From assembly GCA_964234715.1 (NCBI GenBank), contig OZ174284.1: 64,000 nt of DNA, one strand, 5' to 3'. The notes under the pieces are model-generated. The model did not search any database, had not been told where the DNA came from, and saw only the letters and a list, made by a program, of their open reading frames with translations. Shown here one piece after another: positions 48,583 to 60,854 of the stretch. Position 1 is the first letter of the stretch; each line of letters opens with the position of its first letter. The translations under genes and the position numbers were made by a program. The stretch is from Podarcis melisellensis. Lineage: Eukaryota.

Positions 48583-48779
48583 CAGTAAGCTCGCAATTTA
48601 AGCAGAGGTTATGTTCCAAGGAGTCAAAACACACTGTGTTAAATAGTGGGTGGGATTACCAAAGTCTTTTTTGCCCCAACCAGCCAGCCACTCTTTTTTT
48701 CATTGCTTTTATTTATTTTTGCCAAGCAAGTAAAGCTGAATAGGCACAAGTTAAATGTGCATAAGTTGCGGGCTTACTG
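48583..48779. mobile_element. Tc1/mariner-type MITE
   Basis: TA|cagtaagctcgcaattta ... taagttgcgggcttactg|TA. Confidence 0.85.
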
Positions 48780-48815
48780 TATAAGCTTATGTATCTAGTG
48801 TATTAGATCTCCAAC

Positions 48816-49003
48816 CTGCTTTGCTGATCTTGTTCAGAAGTACTCAAAGAAGATTCTAACTGCTCAGTTTTGACAGGAGTTGCTGTAGAAAACTGCTGGT
48901 GGTCTTCGCTTGTCTTCTTCAAGCAGCTATTGTATCTTGCCTTTTCTATAGCAGGCTCAAAATCCTGTCTTTTAGCATTGCTCAAATCAAAATCTGGAGG
49001 CAT
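48816..49003 (-). CDS. RAD52: RAD52 exon 8
   Basis: tactag|ATG ... AG|gttgga; MPPDFDLSNAKRQDFEPAIEKARYNSC. Confidence 0.92.
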
Positions 49004-50147
49004 CTAGTAATAGGAATAAAACAAACAGCCTTTCAGTAGCTACAAAACTTCAGAATGTAATGGAAACATTTCACAGACTCATCTGTCATGTTGCCCAGGA
49101 GACAAATTGCTTTCCTGGAACACTTTGCCTGTTCACAACCAAGTTTCGGCCTGGGGCTGTGAACTCAACCAATGTGGTTATTTCTCTAACTTAGTGGAGA
49201 TTTGTCATGTTTAGTAATCAACACCAACTCTGTCAACATGTACTTTGTGGATCAGCTTTGTTTCCTTGCAATTCTTTGTCATGTTGATTTCCCCCCCTCT
49301 TAAAGCAACCTAGGTGTTATTTTAAAACAGATGTAGAAAGAACAAATGAAGAAAACTGCAGATTAATAGCCTGGGAGTCCTGTAGAAATCAGTAAACATG
49401 ACAATTTCAGCCTGTCTGCAGCTTTCAATTCAGCACAGCCAAAAGCATACTCTGCCCTTTTAACGGAATGCCAATTTAGGTGGCACACACTACGGGCTGC
49501 AGTCAGCAAGGAATACTGTAGATGTGTGAAGGATGGGTCGACCAGAATGCAGCAGCTTAAATGATGATTCACTGGGGTGGGGTGGTTGTAGAAGAGCCCA
49601 GTTAGTAATGATGACTGGAGATGAAGCTGTTCCGAGGCAAGAGAAGATTGCTTTTTCTGGAAAAAGGATATAACACCTAAGATAGATTTAATCAAATGGT
49701 TTAGAGAGCAATCCAAACCAGTAAGGCTTTATAGACTGGTAGGGCTACTACTGCATCTGCAAACCTCTTGGGCACATGCAACCAATCCAAGCCTCCTCTA
49801 TCCCCAGCCCAAACAGGGCTCGGATTCATTCGTTGACCATTCGTCCTTGTGAAAACAGGCTTAAGGGCATCTATCCTGAGAAAAATGCATTTTGGCATCT
49901 CACTATTAAAAATAACGAATCCCCGGAAATCTGCTCAGAAAATAATTTAACAATGCTGCAAGACAAGCTAGTTGCTTTAGAAAGAGATCACTGTGAGGGG
50001 AGAAATGGTGCAATAAGAATTACAAGAAGATGGGGGCTGGACTATTCTATATAAAAAAAGAACAACATAGTAAGCTCTGACTTTTAGTGTTCATTGGAAG
50101 GTACTATAATTTTCTGCTTGCTCCTGAACACAGCTCTGACTGGAAAG

Positions 50148-50152
<5 letters not shown>

Positions 50153-50183
<31 letters not shown>
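50153..50183 (+). repeat. (AC)n microsatellite
   Basis: About 15 perfect units. Confidence 0.97.
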
Positions 50184-50187
<4 letters not shown>

Positions 50188-50421
50188 TATTGAGTGTTTT
50201 GAAGCAGAAAAGTGTAAGCAAAGACACACACAGTAGAGATAATAATCAGAAGAATTTTCAGCTGGAATATCCAGGCAATGAAATTACCTATTCAAGAAGA
50301 ATGTACTGTTGCATGGCAGAATAAAGAATGGAGCCTTTCTTGTCTGTATTATCTATACTCAAAGCAGAATTTGGCATTTTTACTGCAGAATTCTAGTTTT
50401 TGGAAGTCCCAAGTAACACAC

Positions 50422-50497
50422 CTGGCGAGGAAGCTTATTCACTGATCGCAAGTAGTCTTTGTCCAGGATGCAATTCCCAAGAGCATTACCAAAGCAC
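50422..50497 (-). CDS. RAD52: RAD52 exon 7
   Basis: tctcag|G ... CAG|gtgtgt; [25 protein letters not shown]. Confidence 0.97.
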
Positions 50498-50593
50498 CTG
50501 AGAAAGGACGAGAGTTAGTCGTCTTTTAGAACACAGTTCCCCTTTTTCATTGCTTTCAGGCTAGCAAAATGTCTTCTGTTGATTGCCACTTAC

Positions 50594-50712
50594 TTCAGTG
50601 CCCTCTTCAGTCCATCTGTAACAGCTTCCTTCCTTGCTTTTTCTAGGGACAAGGCCTTAGACTTCAAGCCTTCACTTACTCCATAGCCAACATCTTCATG
50701 GTATGAGCCATC
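50594..50712 (-). CDS. RAD52: RAD52 exon 6
   Basis: ttgcag|GAT ... AA|gtaagt; [39 protein letters not shown]. Confidence 0.98.
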
Positions 50713-51204
50713 CTGCAATTTAAGAATATGCAAGAAAAAAATAAATGGCCATTTGGGTTTGACTATAGCCACCCTAATGAACCTTGGTTTGTGGCAAAAG
50801 CAGCTTAAGCAGGCACTGCAGTACATTCAGTTTTTCTGGAATCTGCAGGGACTCAAGTGTCAATCAAACCTGAAATATTATGCTAGTTCAAAGTATTCCA
50901 ATCTTCCTCCAGATACTGCCTAAAAAATGGAAACCAACAGCATTTGGATACATGCATTGTAGTTTAAGACTTGTCACTGTTTAAAAGCAAATGCGTAAGT
51001 CAGGATTTTTTCCTACAGTATCTTATTTCATCTTAAAAAACAGGTGTGTGTTTTGACCAGTGACGGGTCTAATAAATATGCATTTTTGTTTGACAGGAGG
51101 TAACACCAACAGTCATATCGTTATGTACCTCTTGCATACTATTCACTTTACTTTCATGGCTCTGAAAAGCCAGCACCACCTACATATCTCCCCACCCCAT
51201 TTAC

Positions 51205-51272
51205 CTTAAGTTGGACTTTCACAAAGGCACAGACCCCCACATAGAACTTGCCATTATTAAGATCCACAAAAT
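51205..51272 (-). CDS. RAD52: RAD52 exon 5
   Basis: tcacag|AT ... AAG|gtaaat; [22 protein letters not shown]. Confidence 0.97.
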
Positions 51273-51609
51273 CTGTGAAGAGCAGAAACAAAAAACAAAG
51301 CATTTACTCTAACATAGGGAACCGAATACTTGGTCTGCCTATTATTACTGTGTACTGGTAGCTAGGCAGTCATAAAGAGATGTAGGAGAAAATATAGGGA
51401 ATTTAGAATATGGTCCCAACACTGTTGGCATGGATGCAAATGTTTGTCAAAGAAACTAACCAGAAAGGATACAGAGATATTTCCCAAGCAGAATGTTGGT
51501 TTCTGATATGAACTAGAGGCTTCTGAGGATAATGTTCAGATAAAAGAGTACATGGACCCGAAAATTACCCTTAAGACATTACTGCATTATTGACCTTAGT
51601 GAACTGTGG

Positions 51610-52110
51610 GAATGCTGTGGACCCCATTTATTTTTATTTCAGCAAAGCATTTGACAAAGCTCATCATGATGTTTTATTAGCAGACTCGTTGAATGTGTAC
51701 TAATAAATAACGCTGGATTCAGAGCTGGTTGGAAGCCATACTTAGAAGGGTGTTCATCAATGGCTTCTCATCAAACTGGATGAATGATTTGAGTGAGGTG
51801 ATGTAGGGCTCTGGGACTCTTCAACATCTGATCAATGATTTAAATGAAGGTGGGGAGGGAATGCTACCCTATTTGCAGAAGACACAAAACTGGGATAGGT
51901 CACTAATGCCTAAGCAAACAGGAGTAAAATTCAGAATGAACTTGGTAGCTTTGGCCTAGCTCCCCATTCTTACAAGATGAAATTCAACAGAGGCAAATGT
52001 TAAGTCTTGCATTTGGGGGAGGTGGGGGAAACAAAAATGGACAGAGAGTCACATTGAGTCAGCAGTGTGACGCAGCTGCAGAAAATAGTAATGCAGTTTT
52101 AGGCTGCCGT
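51610..52110 (+). mobile_element. Old, disrupted CR1 LINE reverse-transcriptase fragment
   Basis: Remnant motifs ttcagcaaagcatttgacaaa (FSKAFDK), tttgcagaagacacaaaactggga (FAEDTKLG), atgaaattcaacagaggcaaatgt (MKFNRGKC), with frameshifts. Confidence 0.8.
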
Positions 52111-53556
52111 GATCAAGTTATAACGTTTCCCATCAGCTTTTAAAAATATTTTAAAATCAAACAATTTCATTAGCAGTAATATTCTATGAGGAATTTCAGC
52201 TTCCGATAATCTGAATCACATTCAAGATGACAGAATCAGCTTCACAAGGAACTGGTCTTTATTTTGTAAATCTCTATGACTCTATCCTCTTGACGAACTG
52301 AATATGTGCTGAGAATTGATAATTAAACATATGTAGGTTCAGAGTATTCTCCAGGATATTTTATTTTTTTAATGCACAGAATGCTACCAATTTCTAGGAG
52401 GGGATTAAGGTTTTGTATGCGATGGAATAAAAAAAGTGAAACATTCATAAGCAAAGCAGATAAGAGTAATGTCAGGGATCACAATAGGTTTCAAAATATG
52501 AATGTGCAGACTGGATCATTTTCCGAAATACGTTTTACAGGAAAATCTATCCATACAGAAAGCAAGGTTATAATGAAGTATAACTTATACCTTATAGTAT
52601 TGTGCTTTCGCTCCCTTCTGCCTTTCTGACGGCTCTGTAGTTTTTGTTACCTAATATCATTTCAGATCCTTAAGGTGATCTAGGTGATGCTTTTGAGATG
52701 GGGGTTCTATTCTTCCAGTTGTTGTTACTGAGCTGAAAGACTTAAGTGTCTCCCCTCTGCCTTTTCCGTTCAACCTCCTGTTGCTAGGCCACAAAAGTCC
52801 TCCCTCAGCACAACAGATCTTTTGAGGATGAGACAGCTGCAGCCATAATTTTGGGAGACGTTTCCCCCGCCTGTACAGGTTTGCAGTTTTCAGCTAATTT
52901 TATTTATTTATTTATTTATTTAATGAAAACTGCTAACTGCTAGGGCATGGATTCTTTTTTCTATATGTATTCACTGTGTAACTGACAATACACTGAATTC
53001 TGAAATTTAAGGGGAAACCACTTTAATATGTTGTCAAGGTTGCCCCATGCCAACTCATGCTGTGCCTCCCCAACTGTTATGGAAAATTCTGCTTCCAGGT
53101 GACATATGAGAAGACCCTTTCTCAAAATCTAGAAACTCATGATCATATTGTGTTGCATCTAGCAGAGGTGCTCTGTTCATGGAAAACTCTGAATACTAGC
53201 AGAAGATTTCATGAATGAATGGGGCAGGGCACAAGGTTCTCACCAGTTCTCATTTATGCTTTCCATGCCACTTCCCACATAACTCTTGGAGGGGGGGACC
53301 CCACTCCTCTAGAACAGGTTTTTGAGGAAAGCAGGAGCCGAAGGAGGAATCGGGGGGGGGGGGATGCTTTCTCCACTTTCTATTCATGAAAGCTGCTGCT
53401 AGATCAAAAGCTTCCTTACGTGGAACAATGCCATTATTTGCACCCAACCTCTTATTGTTTCACTCTGCTAGGATAGTCTTTTGCACAAGAACATTTTGTT
53501 AACTTAGAGAACCTGCAGCATGAAGCAGCTGGAAGAAGCTTAAAATTGGTTCTCAC

Positions 53557-53650
53557 CGACATTCTGCTGAGTGACAGAATGAGCCCAGCCATTGTAGCCA
53601 AACATTTCATTGGCCAGACTGATGACTCTGTGTCCTTCAATGTAGCAAAC
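53557..53650 (-). CDS. RAD52: RAD52 exon 4
   Basis: tttcag|GTT ... G|gtgaga; [31 protein letters not shown]. Confidence 0.97.
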
Positions 53651-54324
53651 CTGAAATTAGAAAGGACAAAAGTGACAAAAATCCTTCTTGGTCAGTCTTA
53701 ATCTCATTAAATTATTGCAGAAGCGACATCTACTTGCAACATGGCTTCCAGGCACTGTGTCCGACCAAGAATCATCATATCAAAAGAAAAATGGAACACA
53801 CAAATACCAGCACCTAGTGTTTATAAGTGTGTTCCACGTTACAGTACCAAACAGCTAACCAAAATTAAAATTAATTGTTCTGAGTTTGAGATATTAAATT
53901 GACAAGAATTTATTAAATTTTCAACTGGAGAATGCTTGCACAAGGCAGTGGTATGGAGCACTTGCGAGGGAGATGGGCAAGGAAGCATTGAGCATCATGT
54001 TCAAAATTCTAGGGTTTATGATTCAGTAGCATAGCACACCAGATTTTTAGCACATTTGTTTTGAAATTATGAAGGCTATTACATGTGAAAAGAATCCTAC
54101 ACCCCAGGTCTGCCCTGTACTGCACTTCTTTCTCTAAATCCCTGGCCAGCAATGGGAGAGTTGCTTTGAGGAAAGGTAGTGGGCCAGGGCTGTCCACCTC
54201 TCCAAACTGGAGAGCCAGAAAGTACTATCATTAACAAATGCTGATACCTCTGTGGACACCAGATTTGCCTCTGACTTGGAAGATTGCAGCATACAGCAAG
54301 CATCACTTGCAGATAACCCTACAC

Positions 54325-54606
54325 CAGGTATGCTCACCAGGTTGATCGCGATTTACTGGTAGATCCCTGGGAGGTTTTGGTAGATTGTGATTGAACACTG
54401 GGTCCCTTTCCTTAGTATTGGTAAAATAGAATCCGGCCCCACCCCCCTCCCTTTGAGCTTAGGCTTGCATTCTCAAAAACCGTGGCTTTCCTCCTCCCTA
54501 AAAAGCTCAACAACTTTGACCTGAACCCCCCCAAAACGGGGGTAGATCACTGCCAGTTTTTAATTCTGTGAGTAGATCACAGTCTCTTGGGAGTTGGCCA
54601 CCCCTG
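54325..54606. mobile_element. hAT-type MITE with perfect 8-bp TSD
   Basis: TSD ccctacac at 54317-54324 and 54607-54614; ends caggtatgctcacc / gttggccacccctg. Confidence 0.85.
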
Positions 54607-54748
54607 CCCTACACTATGGTGCTCCTCCTGAGAAAGCAAGGGCGTAGGGAACTGCTGCCCAAAAGGATTCGGGGAAATATGCATTACCAACAGGCAATGG
54701 GTAATTTTCAATATCAAGTAAATAAAAACTGTGTACACACTTTTGTAC

Positions 54749-54850
54749 CTTCTGTCCTCCTCCAGCTTGCCGGCTACTGATGTATTCTGGGCCCAATCTC
54801 TGTCGCAGGGCAGCCTGGACGGCCTGGTACTCATCTGCTGTATACTGACA
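54749..54850 (-). CDS. RAD52: RAD52 exon 3
   Basis: ctcaag|TGT ... AAG|gtacaa; [34 protein letters not shown]. Confidence 0.96.
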
Positions 54851-55652
54851 CTTGAGCAAACCACACACACAATCATGGAAACATCTAGTATATTCATAAC
54901 TAATTTCTCCCCCTTTCTTGCAACTGATTTAATTCAATCAGTCCCATCCCCCACAAGAACTTTTAATCTAGTTATACTCTGAAAGCCATATCCAAAAGGA
55001 AATACTGTACCTCACAGGGTAGCTCCTTCATTATGATAATGCCATGAATTGTTTAAAATGGTAACTACTTTGTTGCATGAGTTCCCCCAAGTTCCCCTCT
55101 GAGCGCTCTTAAGTATAATTCAGCCAAATCAGAACGAAATCTCAGCTGGTAGATATTTTCCCAATACTTGTCACCAAACACCAACTGAATTAAATAGTAA
55201 TAATAACTCTTGCATTGTAGTGTGAGATAAACAACAGCAAAAAGAGCGCAAAGAAATATTAAGAGTATCCAAACAGATTTTGGATTTCCAGCTACTCTCT
55301 AGGGAAATGGTTTTTATACAAAAACAAATCTGCTTTCTGCTTTAAAAAGGAGCACTTTGTACCATATTTTGGATATGATCCATGTCTCTTCTGCCTATGT
55401 AGAGTTTAAACCAACTACAGTTCCCCAAGTTTGGACGTAACAGGGAACTGTGGTTTATTTAAAAGAAGTATCTAACCGCTTCTCCATGCCCAGGGTAGGA
55501 AGCATAAGAAACCAAGGTTTGTGCAGATTCACTCACATACTTTGAAGCCATGGTTTCCCATTATGTCTCAACTGGGCTGTTATCTATAGCAGATTTTGCA
55601 TTGAACCCCATCAGAAAATCTCACACAAATCTGAAGGTGATGGTAAACTAAC

Positions 55653-55703
55653 CTGTCCAAACCACATACTGGAGTTAGCATTGCTGCTGCTGATTCCAGA
55701 CAT
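55653..55703 (-). CDS. RAD52: RAD52 first coding exon (ATG 2 nt after the acceptor; exon starts at 55705)
   Basis: tttag|GA ATG TCT GGA ... TTT GGA CAG|gttagt; MSGISSSNANSSMWFGQ ends in the conserved FGQ. Confidence 0.88.
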
Positions 55704-55815
55704 TCCTAAAAGAAAGTAATACGAACGTCAATATATATGATCAAAATAGAAACAGTTATTTACCAATTTTTAAATAGTCATATTAAAGACCGTATAGTTT
55801 GTAATAATCATATTA

Positions 55816-56267
55816 AGGTCCGTATAGTTAAAGCTATAGTTTTCCCAGTAGTGATGTATGGAAGTGAGAGCTGGACCATAAAGAAGGCTGATCGCTGAAG
55901 AATTGATGCTTTTGAATTATGGTGCTGGAGGAGACTCTTGAGAGTCCCATGGACTGCAAGAAGATCAAACCTATCCATTCTGAAAGAAATCAGCCCTGAG
56001 TGCTCACTGGAAGGACAGATCCTGAAGCTGAGGCTCCAATACTTTGGCCACCTCATGAGAATAAAAGACTCCCTGGAAAAGACCCTGATGTTGGGAAAGA
56101 TGGAGGGCACAAGAAGGGGGACGACAGAGGACGAGATGGTTGGACAGTGTTCTCGAAGCTACCAGCGTGAGTTTGACCAAACTGTGAGAGGCACTGGAAA
56201 ACAGTAGTGCCTGGCATGCTCTGGTCCATGGGGTCACAAAGAGTCGGACATGACTAAACAACAACAA
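55816..56267 (+). mobile_element. Bov-B (RTE clade) LINE, 5'-truncated 3' end
   Basis: Encodes RVPWTARRSNLSILKEISPECSLEGQILKLRLQYFGHLMR..DSLEKTLMLGK; ends gtccatggggtcacaaagagtcggacatgactaaacaacaacaa. Confidence 0.93.
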
Positions 56268-56941
56268 TCCCATTGCGAGTAGGCAGGACAGGATACTCAG
56301 TAGGAGTATCAAACAGGTTTTGCTCTTACACCCCCCAAATGTTCTTTATGTGGTCTAAATAGGAGTAAGGAGTAAGCGACAGCTATTCACTTCTACATGA
56401 GATGTGAATATAAGAATGTATATATGAGAGCATATATAAAGGGATAAATACTCAGGGATACCCTTGAAACCTGTCTTTCTGTCTTGTTGCCATCCCATCT
56501 TAGATCCTGTCCCTCTTCTCAGCTCCAACCCCTATGCAGCTCTGCATCCTCTGCTGCTCAGCAGTTTCTGATGTTTAGCTGTGGGGGATCTTGGAAAGTC
56601 TGTAACCTCATATGCCTGCACTGCTCAGCAGGAAATAATTGTGCAGTGAGGGAAGAGTGGCATGGTTACGAGTTCAGCTCACGACAGAGTGAGAATACTC
56701 TCTTCCTCCATCAGCAGCTTGCTGTGTTTTCACACTGAGCATGGAGAGAACTCCCTTTCTCAGTGGCTATCAAGGCAGAATTATCCTGAATTTGTGTGAA
56801 CTGGAGGTGAAAAGTGTGTAAATGAGTTCATTTCTGTGGATGTATGAGTGTGGATCTGTGTGGCTTTGGCTCTGCACTCCAATGGAAGGTTACCCATGAA
56901 GGAATGCAGTCTTTTGATTGAAAACAGTCAAAACCTCTCAG

Positions 56942-56944
<3 letters not shown>

Positions 56945-56973
<29 letters not shown>
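56945..56973 (+). repeat. (GT)n microsatellite
   Basis: About 14 perfect units. Confidence 0.97.
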
Positions 56974-56977
<4 letters not shown>

Positions 56978-58726
56978 AATCAGCAAAGGTTATCTGCTTT
57001 AAACATGAAAAGACTTGGGGTACAAGACTATAAGTGGGCTTCCCATAGACATTTGGTTGGCCACTTTGAGTACAGAATGCTTGGACCATATGGGTGACAG
57101 GCTTCATCCAGCATGCTCTTCTTGTGTTCTCCTTTTTCTGCCAAGTGCTATTCTCTTAAACATCCGCATTTTCCTCTCATCAATGACACATCACAGCTAT
57201 CATTAGAATGTGCTAGCATTTTTTAATTTTGGAAATGTCAACCCCGCTTCCTTAGTTTTTTGTTTTTACTACGAAATGTGCTTTTTTTTAGCATTCTGCA
57301 AGCTTTATTATTCCAAATCCATGCTTGGTAAAAAGATTTTTTTTTAATTAAAAAGGGGGCAGCCACCCAGGAAAAAAAGCTTTGGCAATCCCATCCACAA
57401 CTAAACCCAAAATGTTTTGAGTATATGCAATTTGGCTTGGAATGTAACCCCCCCCCCCGTGTAAATCAAGAGTCACCTGTAATTTGGCCCATTTATTCAA
57501 TTAGTGGCAAAAGAGGTTGATGACCCACCACTTTAAATTGTAAATGGCTGAGATCCTGGCCTGTCATGCTTCACTTCTGTCTCAAAGCAGCCCTATGGGA
57601 AAACTGCTGATGAGGACCTATGGGTTACAAAATAATAAACAAACTGCAGAGGTAACCAGTGAGCTTCCAGTTTCAATTCAATACGCTGACACAATCACAG
57701 CTTACTCTGTGGAGTAACTATCGCCATGAATCCCTATGTTGGCTGTAATCATTAGATTAAGCCTTACTCATATTCCCACTACAGCAAGTGAAACAATCAG
57801 CAACAAGGAGGAGTTTCTCTGCAACCACCCACAAGACTGGAAGAAATCCCAAAGATAGAACAAAACTATGTGCTGGCATACTGAACATATATTATTATTT
57901 TATTTAAAATATGTAGTGCACCTTTTCCCAAGGTGCCTTGCAATCAAAGTAAAGTCAAACACAATGCTTATCTATGGGTTGGCAGCTATGATTAATATGA
58001 TGACCTGTGGGTTGAAGATTTTATTGGTAGGCTGTGGAAATTTACCATGAAGCTTACCAAATCTGAATTGTTGTTATACTTCTATATTATGTTGCTTTAG
58101 ATGTTTTTATTCTTACACAAAATGCTTTGATATAAGGAAAGTAGGTATACAATTGTGTTAAATAAATATATTCTGCAATAAGAAAAAAATAGCTGAGGAT
58201 TTCCTACTGATGGGAATTTAAAAGCTCCTTGAATAATCACTTGGGTCATTTCCCAGAACTGACTAATAAAAACTGTTGGCTGAAATTTATGATGGAGCGC
58301 AGTATCTTTACACTTGCATTTCCAGTAGTCATTATTTCAGAAGTCACCAGTCTAACGGGAAACATGGTATTCTTTAAAGCAGAAGCCATCAGTTATATTA
58401 CTTATGGGATAACCATAGCATTATTTTAAACAAAGACAGTGTTGAAGCCATTAACTGAAAAGCTGTGTTCTCTTTTCCCCATAGCTCAGGACTTGATTCA
58501 TTTCTGCCACTTGCAGTGCTTTTCCAATCTTTGGCTGTAGGTTTGGCTAATTTGGGTGAATCTTTTGCATGATAAGGTATGAGACTAACAGAACAGAACA
58601 GAAACTCTGAATCCACTGTGGTTCACCATCTTCCACCCCACTGCTGGCAGGGAAGTCACCCTGTTGAGAAGTGTTCCAATGTCCCTGCCCCCCAAAAAAC
58701 AATATGCATAAGCTATTACCCACAAC

Positions 58727-58916
58727 CAAGGGTGCCAACTTGAATAAAATATCGAGGGGGGGCAGGTAAGCCCCACCCCACATAACTAATCACAAGACAT
58801 TGCGAACACACACCATTTGAATGGCAATGGCTATCAACTTGGGGGGCTAGCCCCCTCAAATATTTTGTTGGGGGGAGTGTCAAAGGGACCTCAGCCCCTA
58901 GGAGTTGGCTCCTATG
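58727..58916. mobile_element. hAT-type MITE
   Basis: TIRs caagggtgccaact / agttggctcctatg; TSD cccacaac / cccacatc. Confidence 0.78.
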
Positions 58917-59116
58917 CCCACATCATCTCCAGCAGAGGTAACCAGCAGAAACCCATGAAATGTGAGGGCAATGGGCCAGATGTAGACCTCTTCGCTGCAT
59001 CAGTCTGGGAGTGACAAAAACCACACATGCATCAACTCATCTCACACTCATTGCCAAGCATGCTCAGATAACATATCCGGTATTCTGTCTAACCACTGCT
59101 AATTGGAGTTAAACAA

Positions 59117-59278
59117 GGTAAAGGGACCCCTGACCATTAGGCCCAGTCGTGACCGACTCTGGGGTTGCGGCGCTCATCTCGCTTTATTGGCAGAGGGAGC
59201 CGGTGTACAGCTTCCGGGTCATGTGGCCAGCAAGACTAAGCCACTTCTGGCAAACTAGAGCAGCGCACGGAAACACTG
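59117..59278 (-). mobile_element. 5'-truncated Sauria-type SINE with 12-bp TSD
   Basis: Matches the 8748-8910 part of the full copy; TSD ggagttaaacaa at 59105-59116 and 59279-59290. Confidence 0.9.
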
Positions 59279-60002
59279 GGAGTTAAACAAACCAAGTAAT
59301 AATATACCACCATAAACTGAAGAAGTGGGAATACTACAGACTAGCTATGAGAATAATTAAGATTACACAATCCCCTTTTGGGACGCTTCAGCTAAATGCA
59401 TAGTTGTTGGCATCTGTCTGTCTGGAGAGACAGTGGAGTGTGCCTCCAGGGATGAAGTCAAACCACTGAATTATGCATAAACACATAGCTGAGATAATTT
59501 CATAATGGTTGCAACCATATATAACTCTGGACATTCTCCTTACCACAAACCTACTTTTAAATGGGGGAGAGAGAGAGTTATATTCCTTATAGATCTGTGT
59601 TTTTAACATTGGTTTATACGGTTGAGTTGCATATGTTTGTTAATCATTGTAAACTTCGCTAGAGGGGAGGAACTTTAATTATAATAATGCTTAATTGTTT
59701 TTAAAATGATTTCCCTCCCCCAATGTTTTTAACTGTTCCAGAGCAGGGGTACCTCATAAGCCCCCTACCCCACAAACTCGCGGCGGAGCCGAATATTAAT
59801 CGACCCCACCCTCACAGAGGCCACATTTCCCGGGGTCCGTGGGACGATTTTCCTCTCGGAAACCCCAACGAAGGTTCGCCCTGACCAACGCGGCATCATT
59901 ATTTCGGGCGTCGAGAGAGCCTCTTGCGGGGGGCCGGGAAGGGCAAAGAGTCGGGGAGTCCCCCCTTTTGTGTCAACTTGGTGACTTCCGCCCTCCAGTT
60001 AC

Positions 60003-60140
60003 CTGCACGTGAACGGCGGGCAACGGCAGCTACCGCTAGAACCTCCTCTCAGCGCCGAATCTTCAGTCAGGGGCGCCGCTACGGCAAGCGAACGAAGGCA
60101 AACTTCCCGCCCGCGGCGGGCGCGCTTGCGCAATACCTCG
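60003..60140 (-). other. RAD52: Candidate non-coding exon 1 of RAD52 (5' end approximate)
   Basis: Strong - strand donor CAG|gtaact at 60003/60002 inside the CpG island, downstream of CCAAT boxes; no ATG in the segment. Confidence 0.6.
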
Positions 60141-60689
60141 CCCTGAGCCCGTGGGAGGAGCCTGTACGTAGCGCGCCCGCGCGGGTCAGAATTGGAGCGG
60201 CCCCGCCAGTGGTGTGTGGCGGCAGTGGAGGAGGGGGGACGGGGGGGCAGACCAGGAATCTGGGACGTGTCTGGGAAAAGGCGGCGTGGATTGGCGAGGG
60301 GAGGCGGGGACGATATTGGGCAGACGAACGCCTATTGGCCAGGGGGAGGGACCGCCGCGCGACTAACGCGATTGGCTTCCGAAAGGCTGGCAGGGAAGGT
60401 GGGCGGGGACACGAAGCGCTACGGAGAGCGGAGGGGCCAAGAAGAGGGTCGTGAGCGGGTGAGCTTGTGGTGGTTGGCGGGCGGAGGGAGGGAGGGAGGG
60501 GGGCGAGTGGGAAGGCTTGTAAGCGGAGCATGCTGGGTGTAGTACGAGTGAATCGATCGATCCCATCGACAGTCGCGTGAGGCGGGCGGGGCGGGCGTGT
60601 GAGGGAAGAAGAGGTCTTAAGCGTGTCGCGCGCGCCGGCGAAGAGCGAGGGGAGGCAGGGCTCGCGCCAGGGGAGAGGCGGGGCTTGGT

Positions 60690-60854
60690 GTTCGCCTCGC
60701 GCCGGGGGCGCGGGCGGGGAGCTGCTCGCTCGGGTGAGGAGGAGCCGGAGCGCCAGCCGTGAGGGGAGCAGCGGGCGGAGGAAGACCAGCCTGCTCGGTG
60801 CCGCCGCCACAGCTGACAGACTGTGGCAGGGAAGCTCAGCCGACCCGGAGGCAG
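60690..60854 (+). other. Candidate non-coding first exon of a divergent + strand gene (ERC1 expected by synteny; start approximate)
   Basis: Donor-like GCAG|gtcaga at 60854/60855 in the CpG island; WNK1-RAD52-ERC1 order recalled from human; no coding exon seen downstream. Confidence 0.4.

Noticed and set aside
56476-56510. Possible upstream coding exon of RAD52 (MGWQQDRKT, phase 1)
   Set aside because: Weak donor (gtttca) and no supporting similarity; cannot be told from chance
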